DNA of 64,000 nucleotides, from positions 1,824,001-1,888,000 of the forward strand of contig OZ241362.1 in the NCBI GenBank assembly GCA_965200315.1. The letters run 5' to 3'. Origin of the DNA: Candidatus Latescibacterota bacterium (GTDB lineage Bacteria > Latescibacterota > UBA2968 > UBA8231). The notes beneath the pieces were generated by a model. That model ran no database searches, had not been told where the DNA came from, and saw nothing but the letters and a program-made list of their open reading frames with translations. Shown piece by piece: positions 30,059-38,733 of the stretch (positions within the stretch are counted from its first letter, which is position 1; every line of letters begins with the position of its first letter). The translations under genes and the position numbers were made by a program.

Positions 30059-31849
30059 ATGGCAACCCGAGGGACCGTAGGAAGACGCTGCTTTCAGGGC
30101 GGCGAGCACACGGGCAGTTATGGCAGCTATTGGCGCGGGCTAGGGGTGGTCGTCGCGCTGTGGGCGGCCGTGGTGCCGGCGAGCGCCCGCTCGACGCTCA
30201 GTGCGCGCCTAGACCAACCGGCGATTGCCGGGCCAGCGTTGGATCAGCAGTCCATCCTCTATTTGCACTACTTCCCCGGCGATGGCGAAGCCATAATCAG
30301 CGCGGACCTACGGTGCCTCGGCAACGCACGGTTGCAGAACGTCCGCTCGGCACTAGGCAAGGCGCAGCTAGAAGCAGCGTCAATCGGCATAGACTATGCG
30401 GCGCGGCCTTTGGCTGGCGAACACATCGACACCCTCTACATCGACCTAGCCGCCGCCGAAGTGGGAACAATCGACTGGTCCGCGGCGATTTACTCCTCGC
30501 TCGACCCACAGGGCACTCCGGCCCATCAGGTCGAGTTCGAAATAGCGGTGCGCCCACCGCCCGCTATTTCGTGGTCCATTGAGCCACTGCGAGTCTATCA
30601 GGGCGAGCGCTTTGACTTACGCGCGATTGTGCGCTTCGACGATGCCTCCGGGCCGCCCTTAGAGGAGCTGAGCTGGACTTGGCCGCCGGAACTTAGCTGG
30701 CCGGAGGGCGACGCTCCGCAGCGCTGGGAGGGCAGCTTGGCTCCCGGACAAGCTGACACGCTCTCTTGGCCGGTGATAGTGGCTCCAGCCCGCTTCGGCC
30801 CCCTACCCTTGGCGGTCGCTGCACGGGTCTCCGGCCAGAGCCCAGTGGACTTGGCGACCCAGCACTTGCAGGTGGACCCGCTGCCCGTGATGGCCTTGGA
30901 GCCTGGATTTATGATGGCGTTGGAAACGGGGTTTATGGAGGTGGGCCAGCGCGGGCCAATCACCTGTATATGGCGCAACGAAAGCACCACCCCCATCGCC
31001 TTGGCGGCCTTGCGCCTGCAAATTGCGCCAGCGTTCTCGGACGTCTCTTTGATAGAAGGGCCGCCGGGCGCAGCACTCGTACAAAGCGACGAGGAAGCCG
31101 CCCCGAGCCTACTGGTCAGCGGTTTGGATAGCTTGGACGCAGGCGCGGCGATTCGGGTAACGCTCGAAGCCGTGCCGCAGCGCCCGGGGCCTTTTACTTG
31201 GCAGAGCGCCTGTAAGCCCTTGGGGCGGGAGCACTTCATTCCCCTGCGCGGCGCGAACACAGTGCGCGTGGTATGGCAAGGAACGGCCCAAGCCCCAGGC
31301 GGCAAAAAGCAAACGCCTACGGACTTGCAGTTGATCAATCAAGCCTTTGTCCGCGCCCTAGACCACCAAATGGATGCCCTCCCTCTATCTCCGGGTACGC
31401 GGCTTTTCCTCCAAGCCGAAGATGACAAGAACGAGGCCAATTGGGTCATCGAGGACGCCCTGATCGAGACCTTGCAGCAGCGAGGCTATCAGGTGCTGGT
31501 GCGCCAGCCAGAAGACTCGCTAGCCGACGTGGTGTACTATCGGCTGGTCAGGGCGCGCGTGGTGTACTCGCCGGCACCCCGCCGGCTACTTCTCTGGGGC
31601 AACCAACAACGGCGCGAGGCGTATGGCGACCTCTTTCTCAGAATAGAAACAGCCGCCGACCACATCGTGCGCTGGGACCGCCGCGTCCAAGCCTATAGCT
31701 CGGACATGGTGTCTAAGGGGTTGAGCGGGGTCTTAGGTGGAGGAGACATGGTCGAACAAACGGTACTCAAACCAGAAAACAAGGCCATTGTGCGCGGCCT
31801 ATCGGCCGGCATTCTAGGCGGTCTATTCTACATCTTCTTTGTTTTGTGA
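30059..31849 (+). CDS. Hypothetical exported beta-rich protein with C-terminal membrane anchor
   Basis: 596-aa ORF, signal-like ALWAAVVPASA, Ig-like strand pattern, hydrophobic C-terminus; start uncertain. Confidence 0.65.
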   Translation: MATRGTVGRRCFQGGEHTGSYGSYWRGLGVVVALWAAVVPASARSTLSARLDQPAIAGPALDQQSILYLHYFPGDGEAIISADLRCLGNARLQNVRSALGKAQLEAASIGIDYAARPLAGEHIDTLYIDLAAAEVGTIDWSAAIYSSLDPQGTPAHQVEFEIAVRPPPAISWSIEPLRVYQGERFDLRAIVRFDDASGPPLEELSWTWPPELSWPEGDAPQRWEGSLAPGQADTLSWPVIVAPARFGPLPLAVAARVSGQSPVDLATQHLQVDPLPVMALEPGFMMALETGFMEVGQRGPITCIWRNESTTPIALAALRLQIAPAFSDVSLIEGPPGAALVQSDEEAAPSLLVSGLDSLDAGAAIRVTLEAVPQRPGPFTWQSACKPLGREHFIPLRGANTVRVVWQGTAQAPGGKKQTPTDLQLINQAFVRALDHQMDALPLSPGTRLFLQAEDDKNEANWVIEDALIETLQQRGYQVLVRQPEDSLADVVYYRLVRARVVYSPAPRRLLLWGNQQRREAYGDLFLRIETAADHIVRWDRRVQAYSSDMVSKGLSGVLGGGDMVEQTVLKPENKAIVRGLSAGILGGLFYIFFVL

Positions 31850-31855
31850 TCTTAA

Positions 31856-31935
31856 AGAAGCTGTCTGGCAATTCTGGGTGTGCCCCGAGCGCGAGCGAAA
31901 GCGCGGCGGCCGCCAAAAGTTTTCCGGCAGCTTCT
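31856..31935. mobile_element. About 80-bp MITE-like element with imperfect terminal inverted repeats
   Basis: agaagctgtctgg...ccggcagcttct ends. The left 38 nt recur inverted at 15237-15274 (33/38 identical by manual alignment). Confidence 0.6.
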
Positions 31936-34169
31936 CAAAACCTCTGGATGCGCTTGGGGGTCTGCTCTTGGAGACGCCCATGTAGAGGGCACGTGCTCGG
32001 CAGGACTTCGCCAGCGATGAAAAGCTCTTTTCGCTGATTGGGACAAAAGCGGGTGGCGATCTTGTTGGAGTCGTTGCAGACTGCGCGGCGCACGACGAGG
32101 TCCGCTGGGTACTCAAACCCGCGATTGCTCAGACTGCGATAGGGATCCACGCTCGCGTACACCTCCTTCATAAACTCCGCCCACAAAGGCAGGGCCGCCG
32201 CAGAGCCGGCCTGTCTCGGCCAGAGGCGCAGGCTGGGATCGTCCATCCCGACCCAAACTCCCACTACCAGATGAGGCGTAAAGCCGATGAACCACGCATC
32301 CGTGTAATCGTTGGTCGTGCCAGTTTTGCCGGCCGCTTGGGGCCGGAAGTCGTATGTCGTGCGGATGCGTCGTCCGGTGCCGCCGACTTCGTCGACAACC
32401 GAGCGCAGCATGTCCGAGACAATCACGGCCACGGCCGGCCGCAGCACCTCCTGCTTATGGCCGCTTTCTCGCGTAAAAAAGACGTCGCCATCCTTGCGCT
32501 CCAAGCGACTGATGGCCATTGGCTCGACGTGGATACCCTTGTTGGGGAAGACCGCGTATGCCGCCACCAAGTCGAGGAGTAGCACCTCACTGGTGCCGAC
32601 GCCGATGGAAGGGATGGCTTGGATGGGCGTGGATATGCCCATGTTGCGGGCATAACTGCGAACTAGGGGCGGGCCGAGCTCGTCGGCCAGCTTAATGGCG
32701 ATGAGGTTGCGCGACTGTTTCAGCCCTTCGCGCAGCGTCATCGGCCCCTTGAACTTCTTGTCGTAGTTCTCGGGGTCCCAAAACTCCCTACGCCCGTGGT
32801 CCCACAGCGTGAAGGCATTGTCGTCGAGCACATCTACCGCAAAGCGATTGTTGTCGATGGCGGCCGTGAACACGAAGGGCTTGAACGCGGACCCAGGCTG
32901 CCGCTTGGCTTGGGTGGCGCGATTGAATTTGCTGAGGCTGAAGTCGCGGCCCCCAATCATGGCCAAGATGTGGCCGGTAGCCGGATCCATAGCCACTAAG
33001 GCGGCTTGGACTACGGCCGAGTCGCGCACACTCCGGGCCGCGCCCACGGCCGCTAGGTACTGATCCACCTTTTTCTGCACCTTGCTTATTTCAGTATCAA
33101 AGTGCTTTTCGGCTATCTGCTGCAAGCGCGAGTCAATCGTAGTGTGGACCACAAAGCCCTCGCGATAGATTGCCATGCCAAACTCGCTCTGGATCTGCTG
33201 GCGGACATGCTCGACAAAGTACGGGGCTATGCCATAGGTCTCCTCGCGGCTACCCCTGCGGGCGACGATGGGTTCGTTGCGCAGGGAATCGCGCTCAGCG
33301 GGCGTGATCGCACCGTTGTCGGCCATGCTGGCCAGCACTAGATTGCGGTGCTTGCGGGCGCGTTCGGGGTGCCTCAAGGGGCTATGACTATTGGGCCGCG
33401 GCAGCAGCCCGACGAGCAAGGCATTCTCTTCGAGCGCGAGCTGATCGACTTCTCGGTCAAAGTACAAGCGCGCCGCCGACTTAATCCCGTAGGCACCGTG
33501 ACCGAAATAGACTGTGTTGAGGTACATAGTCATTATCTCGGGCTTGGTGTACAGGCGCTCAATTAAAACAGCGGTGATCTGTTCGCGGATCTTGCGCACG
33601 TACGTGGCCGCCACATCGGCAAAGGAAGCACTGCCGCGCTGAGTACCAACTTCGGCGAATACACTGCGGGCGAGCTGCTGGGTAAGCGTGCTGGCCCCTT
33701 GGCCGACGAGACGCCGGTCTTTAAGGTTGGCCAGCAGTGCCCCGGGAATGCGGTAGATATCAATGCCCCAATGCGAGAAGAAGCGCCGGTCTTCAGCCGC
33801 GATGAGGGCGGCCCGCACGGATTCGGGGATTTCCTCATAAGTGAGGATTTCGCGGTTTTCCTCGAGGAAGTCCTGCAAGTGGCGGCCGTCGGCCGAATAC
33901 ACGTTGGTAACCCGTTTGGGCCGGAAGCTCCAATCGTCGATGTCGGGCAAGTTGTCGTTAAAGATCAGATAGCCACCTACGCCGACAACGGCGTACAAGG
34001 CGAGGAAGCAAGTGGTGTAGAGCAGCAGCCTCTTGAGCATTGAGAGGCTAAAGGCCCCTTTTACTCCTTCTACTACCCTGTCCAGAAGCCCTTTATTCAC
34101 ATTGCTCAATAAGAGGCTGGGTACGCGTTTCGCTCCTTCTACTACCCTGCCCAGAAGCTCTTTATTCAT
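31935..34169 (-). CDS. Class A penicillin-binding protein (PBP1A family)
   Basis: EDRRFFSHWGID, GASTLTQQL, RKIRE, YLNTVYFG (transglycosylase); SAFK, SRN, KTGT (transpeptidase). Confidence 0.95.
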   Translation of the reverse strand: MNKELLGRVVEGAKRVPSLLLSNVNKGLLDRVVEGVKGAFSLSMLKRLLLYTTCFLALYAVVGVGGYLIFNDNLPDIDDWSFRPKRVTNVYSADGRHLQDFLEENREILTYEEIPESVRAALIAAEDRRFFSHWGIDIYRIPGALLANLKDRRLVGQGASTLTQQLARSVFAEVGTQRGSASFADVAATYVRKIREQITAVLIERLYTKPEIMTMYLNTVYFGHGAYGIKSAARLYFDREVDQLALEENALLVGLLPRPNSHSPLRHPERARKHRNLVLASMADNGAITPAERDSLRNEPIVARRGSREETYGIAPYFVEHVRQQIQSEFGMAIYREGFVVHTTIDSRLQQIAEKHFDTEISKVQKKVDQYLAAVGAARSVRDSAVVQAALVAMDPATGHILAMIGGRDFSLSKFNRATQAKRQPGSAFKPFVFTAAIDNNRFAVDVLDDNAFTLWDHGRREFWDPENYDKKFKGPMTLREGLKQSRNLIAIKLADELGPPLVRSYARNMGISTPIQAIPSIGVGTSEVLLLDLVAAYAVFPNKGIHVEPMAISRLERKDGDVFFTRESGHKQEVLRPAVAVIVSDMLRSVVDEVGGTGRRIRTTYDFRPQAAGKTGTTNDYTDAWFIGFTPHLVVGVWVGMDDPSLRLWPRQAGSAAALPLWAEFMKEVYASVDPYRSLSNRGFEYPADLVVRRAVCNDSNKIATRFCPNQRKELFIAGEVLPSTCPLHGRLQEQTPKRIQRF

Positions 34170-37100
34170 AGTAGCCCTTGACCCAGCGCGTGTTGTATTC
34201 CTGCAAGTATTCTAGGTGCTCACTAGTTTGCGGATAGTGCTCGCTCGCTGGGTACGGGTAGCCGGACATGCTGTGAAAGGGCAGCGGCCCGACCGTTAGC
34301 GAGTGCGCCGAGTGCAAGTCCATGTCCTTGCCAAAGCCATCGGCGTACAGCAAGAACGAGCGCACGAGACCAGCCGGCGGCGGCGGCAAGGCGGCGAATT
34401 CAACGGTCAGCTCATCTCCGTGGAACATGATGACAAAGCGGTCGTCGATGGCTTCGACCAGCTCCTCGACCGGACCGAAGCGGGTGAAGGCTCCGGCGTG
34501 GGTGCCCCAAGGTGCTTCTAACGCCAATTGATCGTAGTGGTAGCGAAAGGCAAAAGTGCCCTTGATGGATGTATGGGCCGGGTAGCCGCGCCAGTGGAGG
34601 TCGCTCTGCGCCGGTTGCAAGCGATGGACTGTAAGAGGAATGTCCGCAGCGTCGCCCACCAGCAATTGATCCCAGTAGAGCGCGGTGTTGGTCTCGATCC
34701 GCAGCCGGTAGTCGTCGGACGGGAACAGGCCCGCCAAGTCGAAAAGCGCGTGTTTGGGCAGGCCCGCCGGGGAACCCATATCCGCGCTGATTTCGATCCA
34801 CCCCCCCTCGCTATCAGCTACCGACAGGCGCGGCGGATACAGCGACAAGCCGCGCTGCGCGGCGCTCCAGTTTGAGGTCGAATGCGCGTAATCGACCCAC
34901 CCGTAGCCAAGCAAGACCGGATGGGCGAATTCGGACAGGTCGCCCAAGTCGAGCTCTAGCGCATAGTCTTCGGCATAGCCGTGTATATCGAGCTGGTCAA
35001 AGCCGTCGTACCACTCGTCGTCGATCTCCTGCAGCGTAGCCAACACGTCCAGCCCTCGGTGATCTTTGGCGGCTACCGGCGGGCGCAGATTGCGCAGAGG
35101 GTAGAGTTTGAACTCTGGGTAAGGAGGCTGGGAAAGCAGGCGCTCGTTGGGATACACGTCGAATTCGGGCGGATGATCAACGGCCACTAGTTCGAGGGCA
35201 TCGACGTAAATGATTTCCTCTAGCTGATTAGCCAATTGCAAGACATAGTGGCCGTCTTTGGGGGCCAGCGGCCCCAAGCGGACGTACTCGTCGGTGTCGG
35301 GCTGGTAGTACTGACCCGGGGCGGTCAAGTAGCCAATAATGGCTCCCCCGAGAATGTCGGTGACAAAGCGATAACGCTCGCCGTCCCAAGCGTAGAGAAT
35401 GGGGCACGAGGTCCCCTTGCGGTCGAGTTCGGTCAGCTCCAGCCGCTGGCCAGCCCCGGTGGCCAACTCGGTCTGGCGCACGCCGCCGGGCCAGAGGATA
35501 CGGATGAATTCGACCGAGTCGCTCTGCGCCAAGCCGAAGTGGAGCACACCCGCGTATCCCTCGCTGCGGATCTCGCGTTTCTGGAGGCGGTGGGTGGTTT
35601 TCACCTCCACCTTGGCCCCCACACCATCGCGGTTGCTGTTGAGCCCTTGGGTGGCGATCTCGATCCAGTGCCCCCCCTCGCTTTGGTTGTGCAGCACCCG
35701 GCCACCCGCCCAAATATCCACGCGGCCGTCGCCGTTGAAATCGGCCACGAGCACCGCCCCACCCGGCTCGTCGATAGGGGGTTGCGGCTGGAACTGGCCG
35801 CCGCCGTACGCGAGCGGTTGCAGCCGCTCGTCCTCGCAGGCGAGCAGGTCCAAGTCGCCGTCGTTGTCGAAGTCGGCGGGAAGCAACGCCCGCCCGCCGG
35901 ACGCCGCCGACGTCGCGGCCGGAACGAAGGCGCGGCCGGCTTGGTTGATATGCGTTTCGACGGCACCGCTAGCCGCGATAGCCAAATCCATATAGCCGTC
36001 TTGGTTGAAGTCCTCAACGGCCAAGCCCGCGCCCTGCACTGCGCCCAAGCCCAAGGCGGCGGCGATTTCCGAGAACGTGCCGTCGCGATTGTTGGTTTGC
36101 ACTTGCAGGCCCGCGGCCGAGAGGAGGACTACATCCACGTCGCGGTCGTTGTCGAGGTCCGAAAAGACCGCGCGGTCGGCCGGCCCGGCGGTCAAGCTGC
36201 CCGCGGCGAAACGGGCCTCTCCGTCGTTGGCCAGCAGCGCAACGTGCGGGCCGAGCACCAGCAGATCGAGGTCGCCGTCGTGGTCGGCATCGCCCAGCGC
36301 GACACCAGTCGAGGCCACAGACAGGTCTTCTCCGGCACCCCATTCGCCGTTAGCCGCTCGGTAGAGGCGAGTTCCGCCCGCTCCGCTGAGGACCAAGTCG
36401 GCGGTCCCGTCGTTGTCGAGGTCGCCGGCAATCGCACTAGTTGCCCCAAAGCCGTCGGGGAGCGTCGGAGCAGTGAGCACTTCCGCCGTACCGCCAGCGT
36501 ACAGGTGCAAGCCCTCGGCCTTTCGGCTGAGCTCAAGTCGAAGCCCGGCCAAGACATCCGCCTGACCATCGGCGTCAAAGTCTCCCAAAGCGGCAAAACG
36601 CACCGGGCCGGTCGCCGGACCAGTCGCCGCGAATGCCAAAGGCCCGGCCACATCGTCCTGACTCGGATCGCCGCCACCGGCGTCGGCGACAGCCTCGGCG
36701 TATTTGCCCTGCCCCTGATAGGACGAAGAAACGCCTTGGTGGCCGGCTTGGCTGAGTTGGTTGAACCGCTCTAGGGTGCTTTTCCACTCCTCCTCGCGCC
36801 CAAGCCGCCGGTAGAGATTGGCCAGTCCATAGTAAGCCGACACGTTGTAGGGATCGAGGCGCATGGCCTCCTTGAAGTCGGCGATGGCGGCCTCACTCTC
36901 GTTTAGCTTGGCCCGCATCTGCCCCATGTAGTAGCGCACGTGGGGGTCGTCGCGGTCAACGGCCGCGACCTTTTGCAGGGCCGCGAGCGCCTTGTCGTGC
37001 TCCCGGCCTTGGGCATTGTAGATCAGGCCCAGCGCGTAATTGGCGTGGAGGAGGTCGGGGTTGATGGCGAGGGCGGTTTGCAAGGCCGTGGCAGCACTGT

Positions 37101-37368
37101 CGTACTTGCCGAGGGCGTAGTACGCAATGCCGAGATTGGCCCGCGCACTAGCGTAATCCGGGACCACGGCGAGGGCGCGAGCAAACTCCTCCCGACCGCG
37201 CGTATAGTTGTGCTGATCCATATAGACCACGCCCTGATTGTTGTGCCAGCGTGCCTTGGGGGGCCAAGCCGGCGACTCCTCGGGCGGCCTCTGTTCACAG
37301 GCCACTCCCAAGAGGGCCGCAGCAAGAGGTAGCAGAGCTTGGCGCACCTTGACGCTTATTCGGGGCAT
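34162..37368 (-). CDS. TPR + FG-GAP + ASPIC/UnbV (CRTAC1-like) lipoprotein
   Basis: LLGVAC lipobox, about 6 TPRs, repeated D[FL]DNDG..D motifs, SNRDGVGAKV..LHFGL..I.WP.G, SCPILYAWDG. The ORF-track start at 37608 runs through the tRNA, so ATG 37368 was chosen. Confidence 0.88.
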   Translation of the reverse strand: MPRISVKVRQALLPLAAALLGVACEQRPPEESPAWPPKARWHNNQGVVYMDQHNYTRGREEFARALAVVPDYASARANLGIAYYALGKYDSAATALQTALAINPDLLHANYALGLIYNAQGREHDKALAALQKVAAVDRDDPHVRYYMGQMRAKLNESEAAIADFKEAMRLDPYNVSAYYGLANLYRRLGREEEWKSTLERFNQLSQAGHQGVSSSYQGQGKYAEAVADAGGGDPSQDDVAGPLAFAATGPATGPVRFAALGDFDADGQADVLAGLRLELSRKAEGLHLYAGGTAEVLTAPTLPDGFGATSAIAGDLDNDGTADLVLSGAGGTRLYRAANGEWGAGEDLSVASTGVALGDADHDGDLDLLVLGPHVALLANDGEARFAAGSLTAGPADRAVFSDLDNDRDVDVVLLSAAGLQVQTNNRDGTFSEIAAALGLGAVQGAGLAVEDFNQDGYMDLAIAASGAVETHINQAGRAFVPAATSAASGGRALLPADFDNDGDLDLLACEDERLQPLAYGGGQFQPQPPIDEPGGAVLVADFNGDGRVDIWAGGRVLHNQSEGGHWIEIATQGLNSNRDGVGAKVEVKTTHRLQKREIRSEGYAGVLHFGLAQSDSVEFIRILWPGGVRQTELATGAGQRLELTELDRKGTSCPILYAWDGERYRFVTDILGGAIIGYLTAPGQYYQPDTDEYVRLGPLAPKDGHYVLQLANQLEEIIYVDALELVAVDHPPEFDVYPNERLLSQPPYPEFKLYPLRNLRPPVAAKDHRGLDVLATLQEIDDEWYDGFDQLDIHGYAEDYALELDLGDLSEFAHPVLLGYGWVDYAHSTSNWSAAQRGLSLYPPRLSVADSEGGWIEISADMGSPAGLPKHALFDLAGLFPSDDYRLRIETNTALYWDQLLVGDAADIPLTVHRLQPAQSDLHWRGYPAHTSIKGTFAFRYHYDQLALEAPWGTHAGAFTRFGPVEELVEAIDDRFVIMFHGDELTVEFAALPPPPAGLVRSFLLYADGFGKDMDLHSAHSLTVGPLPFHSMSGYPYPASEHYPQTSEHLEYLQEYNTRWVKGYYE

Positions 37369-37404
37369 GGTTATATTTTTCCTCTCATATTGATGAATTT
37401 TCGA

Positions 37405-37480
37405 GCGAGAGTAGCTCAGTTGGTAGAGCTCCACGTTGCCAACGTGGTTGTCGCGGGTTCGAGTCCCGTCTCTCGCTCCA
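37405..37480 (+). tRNA. tRNA-Gly(GCC)
   Basis: GCGAGAG/TCTCGC acceptor stem, AGCTCAGTTGGTAGAGC D arm, CCACG-TT-GCC-AA-CGTGG anticodon arm, GGTTCGAGTCC T arm, encoded CCA; 76 nt. Confidence 0.98.
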
Positions 37481-37576
37481 TTTTTTTGCCTCAACTTCCA
37501 TTTCAATATACTTAAAACCCCCATTGAGAAAAGCTGGCCCAGTCTTGCGTCGGGTCGAATTGCGGGGAATCTACGC

Positions 37577-38722
37577 TCAATTTCCAGAGGAATCCGCCGA
37601 GCCGGCAAAGCGCGGGCCGAGACGGAACAAATCGCCCAGTGGGTTTTGGCGGTCCTCTAAGGCGTCGGCTATAACGGGTCCAATGGAGCCGCCGAACTTA
37701 AAGCCGTGGCCGCTGCCACAGCCAGCGATGAGAATCCCCCGCGCCGCCGGGGCCCAGTCGATGACAAAGTGGTCGTCGGGCGTATTGGTGTACAGACAGG
37801 CGCGGCCCCCCACCAGTCGGGCCTCTTCCAGAGCGGGCAGGCGCTGGGCGACAAAGGCGCGGGCCTGGTCGAAGAAGCCGGGGCTGGGTTGGCGATCAGC
37901 CTCGGGCTCAGCGCACTCCACTTTGCTGTCCTCGGCGATTTTGACGTACCCTTCGCGCAGCAGCGGGAAGCCGTACCAAGCCGCCTCGGGACTCAGCACC
38001 GTCCACACGGGAAATACCTTCTGGGCGAACTCCTCGGGCTTGGCCGGGGCCAAGAAGGCCATTTGCTGGCGCGTTATGCGCAGATGGTCCCTTAACGTGG
38101 GAAAAAGGCGCACCACCCAAGCACCAGCGGCGACCACGACGCGGTCGAATAGAGGCCGCTCGGCCTCTGTGGTTAGGCGGATCCCCCGGTCGGTCTCGGC
38201 TAGGTCCTGCACTGGGGTGTGGGAGCGGATAGCAACGCCTCGCTCCCGGGCCAAATCGGCCAGATCGGCCACGGCCTGACCGCTGCGCAAATAGCCGGAC
38301 CAAGAATCGTAAAAGAGCGTGTCGTCGTCCTGCACGGTAAATTGGGGAAAGCACTGGCGCACCTGAGTCGGGCTCAGCACTTCGACCGGCTTTCCCCGCT
38401 GGCGCAGCGTCTTTAGGCCGCGGCGGGCTGGGCTGTCGGCGGGCAAATCGCCCCAGATATTGAGCTTGCCGGTCTGGTAGTAGATAGCTCGGCTGAGCTG
38501 ATCGTGCCATTGGCGCCACTGATGAGCGGCCCGCTCGACCAGCTCTTGGTAGGTCTCCTCGGGGTAGCTGGTGCGGCGGATGACTTTGGACACATCGGTC
38601 GAGGAAGCATCTGGACAGGGGATGGGGCCGCGTTCAAAGAGGGAGACCTGATGGCCCCGCCGATTGAGTTCCAAAGCCGCCGCCAAGCCGAAAATCCCCG
38701 CCCCCACAATGCCGACGCGCAT
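37577..38722 (-). CDS. FAD-dependent oxidoreductase (sarcosine / fructosyl-amino-acid oxidase family)
   Basis: GAGIFG, ASSTDVSKVIR, CLYTNTPDDHFVID, GSGHGFKF motifs. Confidence 0.9.
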   Translation of the reverse strand: MRVGIVGAGIFGLAAALELNRRGHQVSLFERGPIPCPDASSTDVSKVIRRTSYPEETYQELVERAAHQWRQWHDQLSRAIYYQTGKLNIWGDLPADSPARRGLKTLRQRGKPVEVLSPTQVRQCFPQFTVQDDDTLFYDSWSGYLRSGQAVADLADLARERGVAIRSHTPVQDLAETDRGIRLTTEAERPLFDRVVVAAGAWVVRLFPTLRDHLRITRQQMAFLAPAKPEEFAQKVFPVWTVLSPEAAWYGFPLLREGYVKIAEDSKVECAEPEADRQPSPGFFDQARAFVAQRLPALEEARLVGGRACLYTNTPDDHFVIDWAPAARGILIAGCGSGHGFKFGGSIGPVIADALEDRQNPLGDLFRLGPRFAGSADSSGN

Positions 38723-38733
38723 GGCTGCCAAAA

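Noticed and set aside
35236-36774. 512-aa plus-strand ORF
   Set aside because: Antisense shadow of the FG-GAP repeats.
37405-37576. tRNA-Gly as an integration site
   Set aside because: No integrase, and I saw no duplicated tRNA 3' end in the window.
37369-37608. 80-aa N-terminal extension of the 1148-aa ORF
   Set aside because: It runs antisense through tRNA-Gly and overlaps the upstream gene; the signal peptide begins near 37368.
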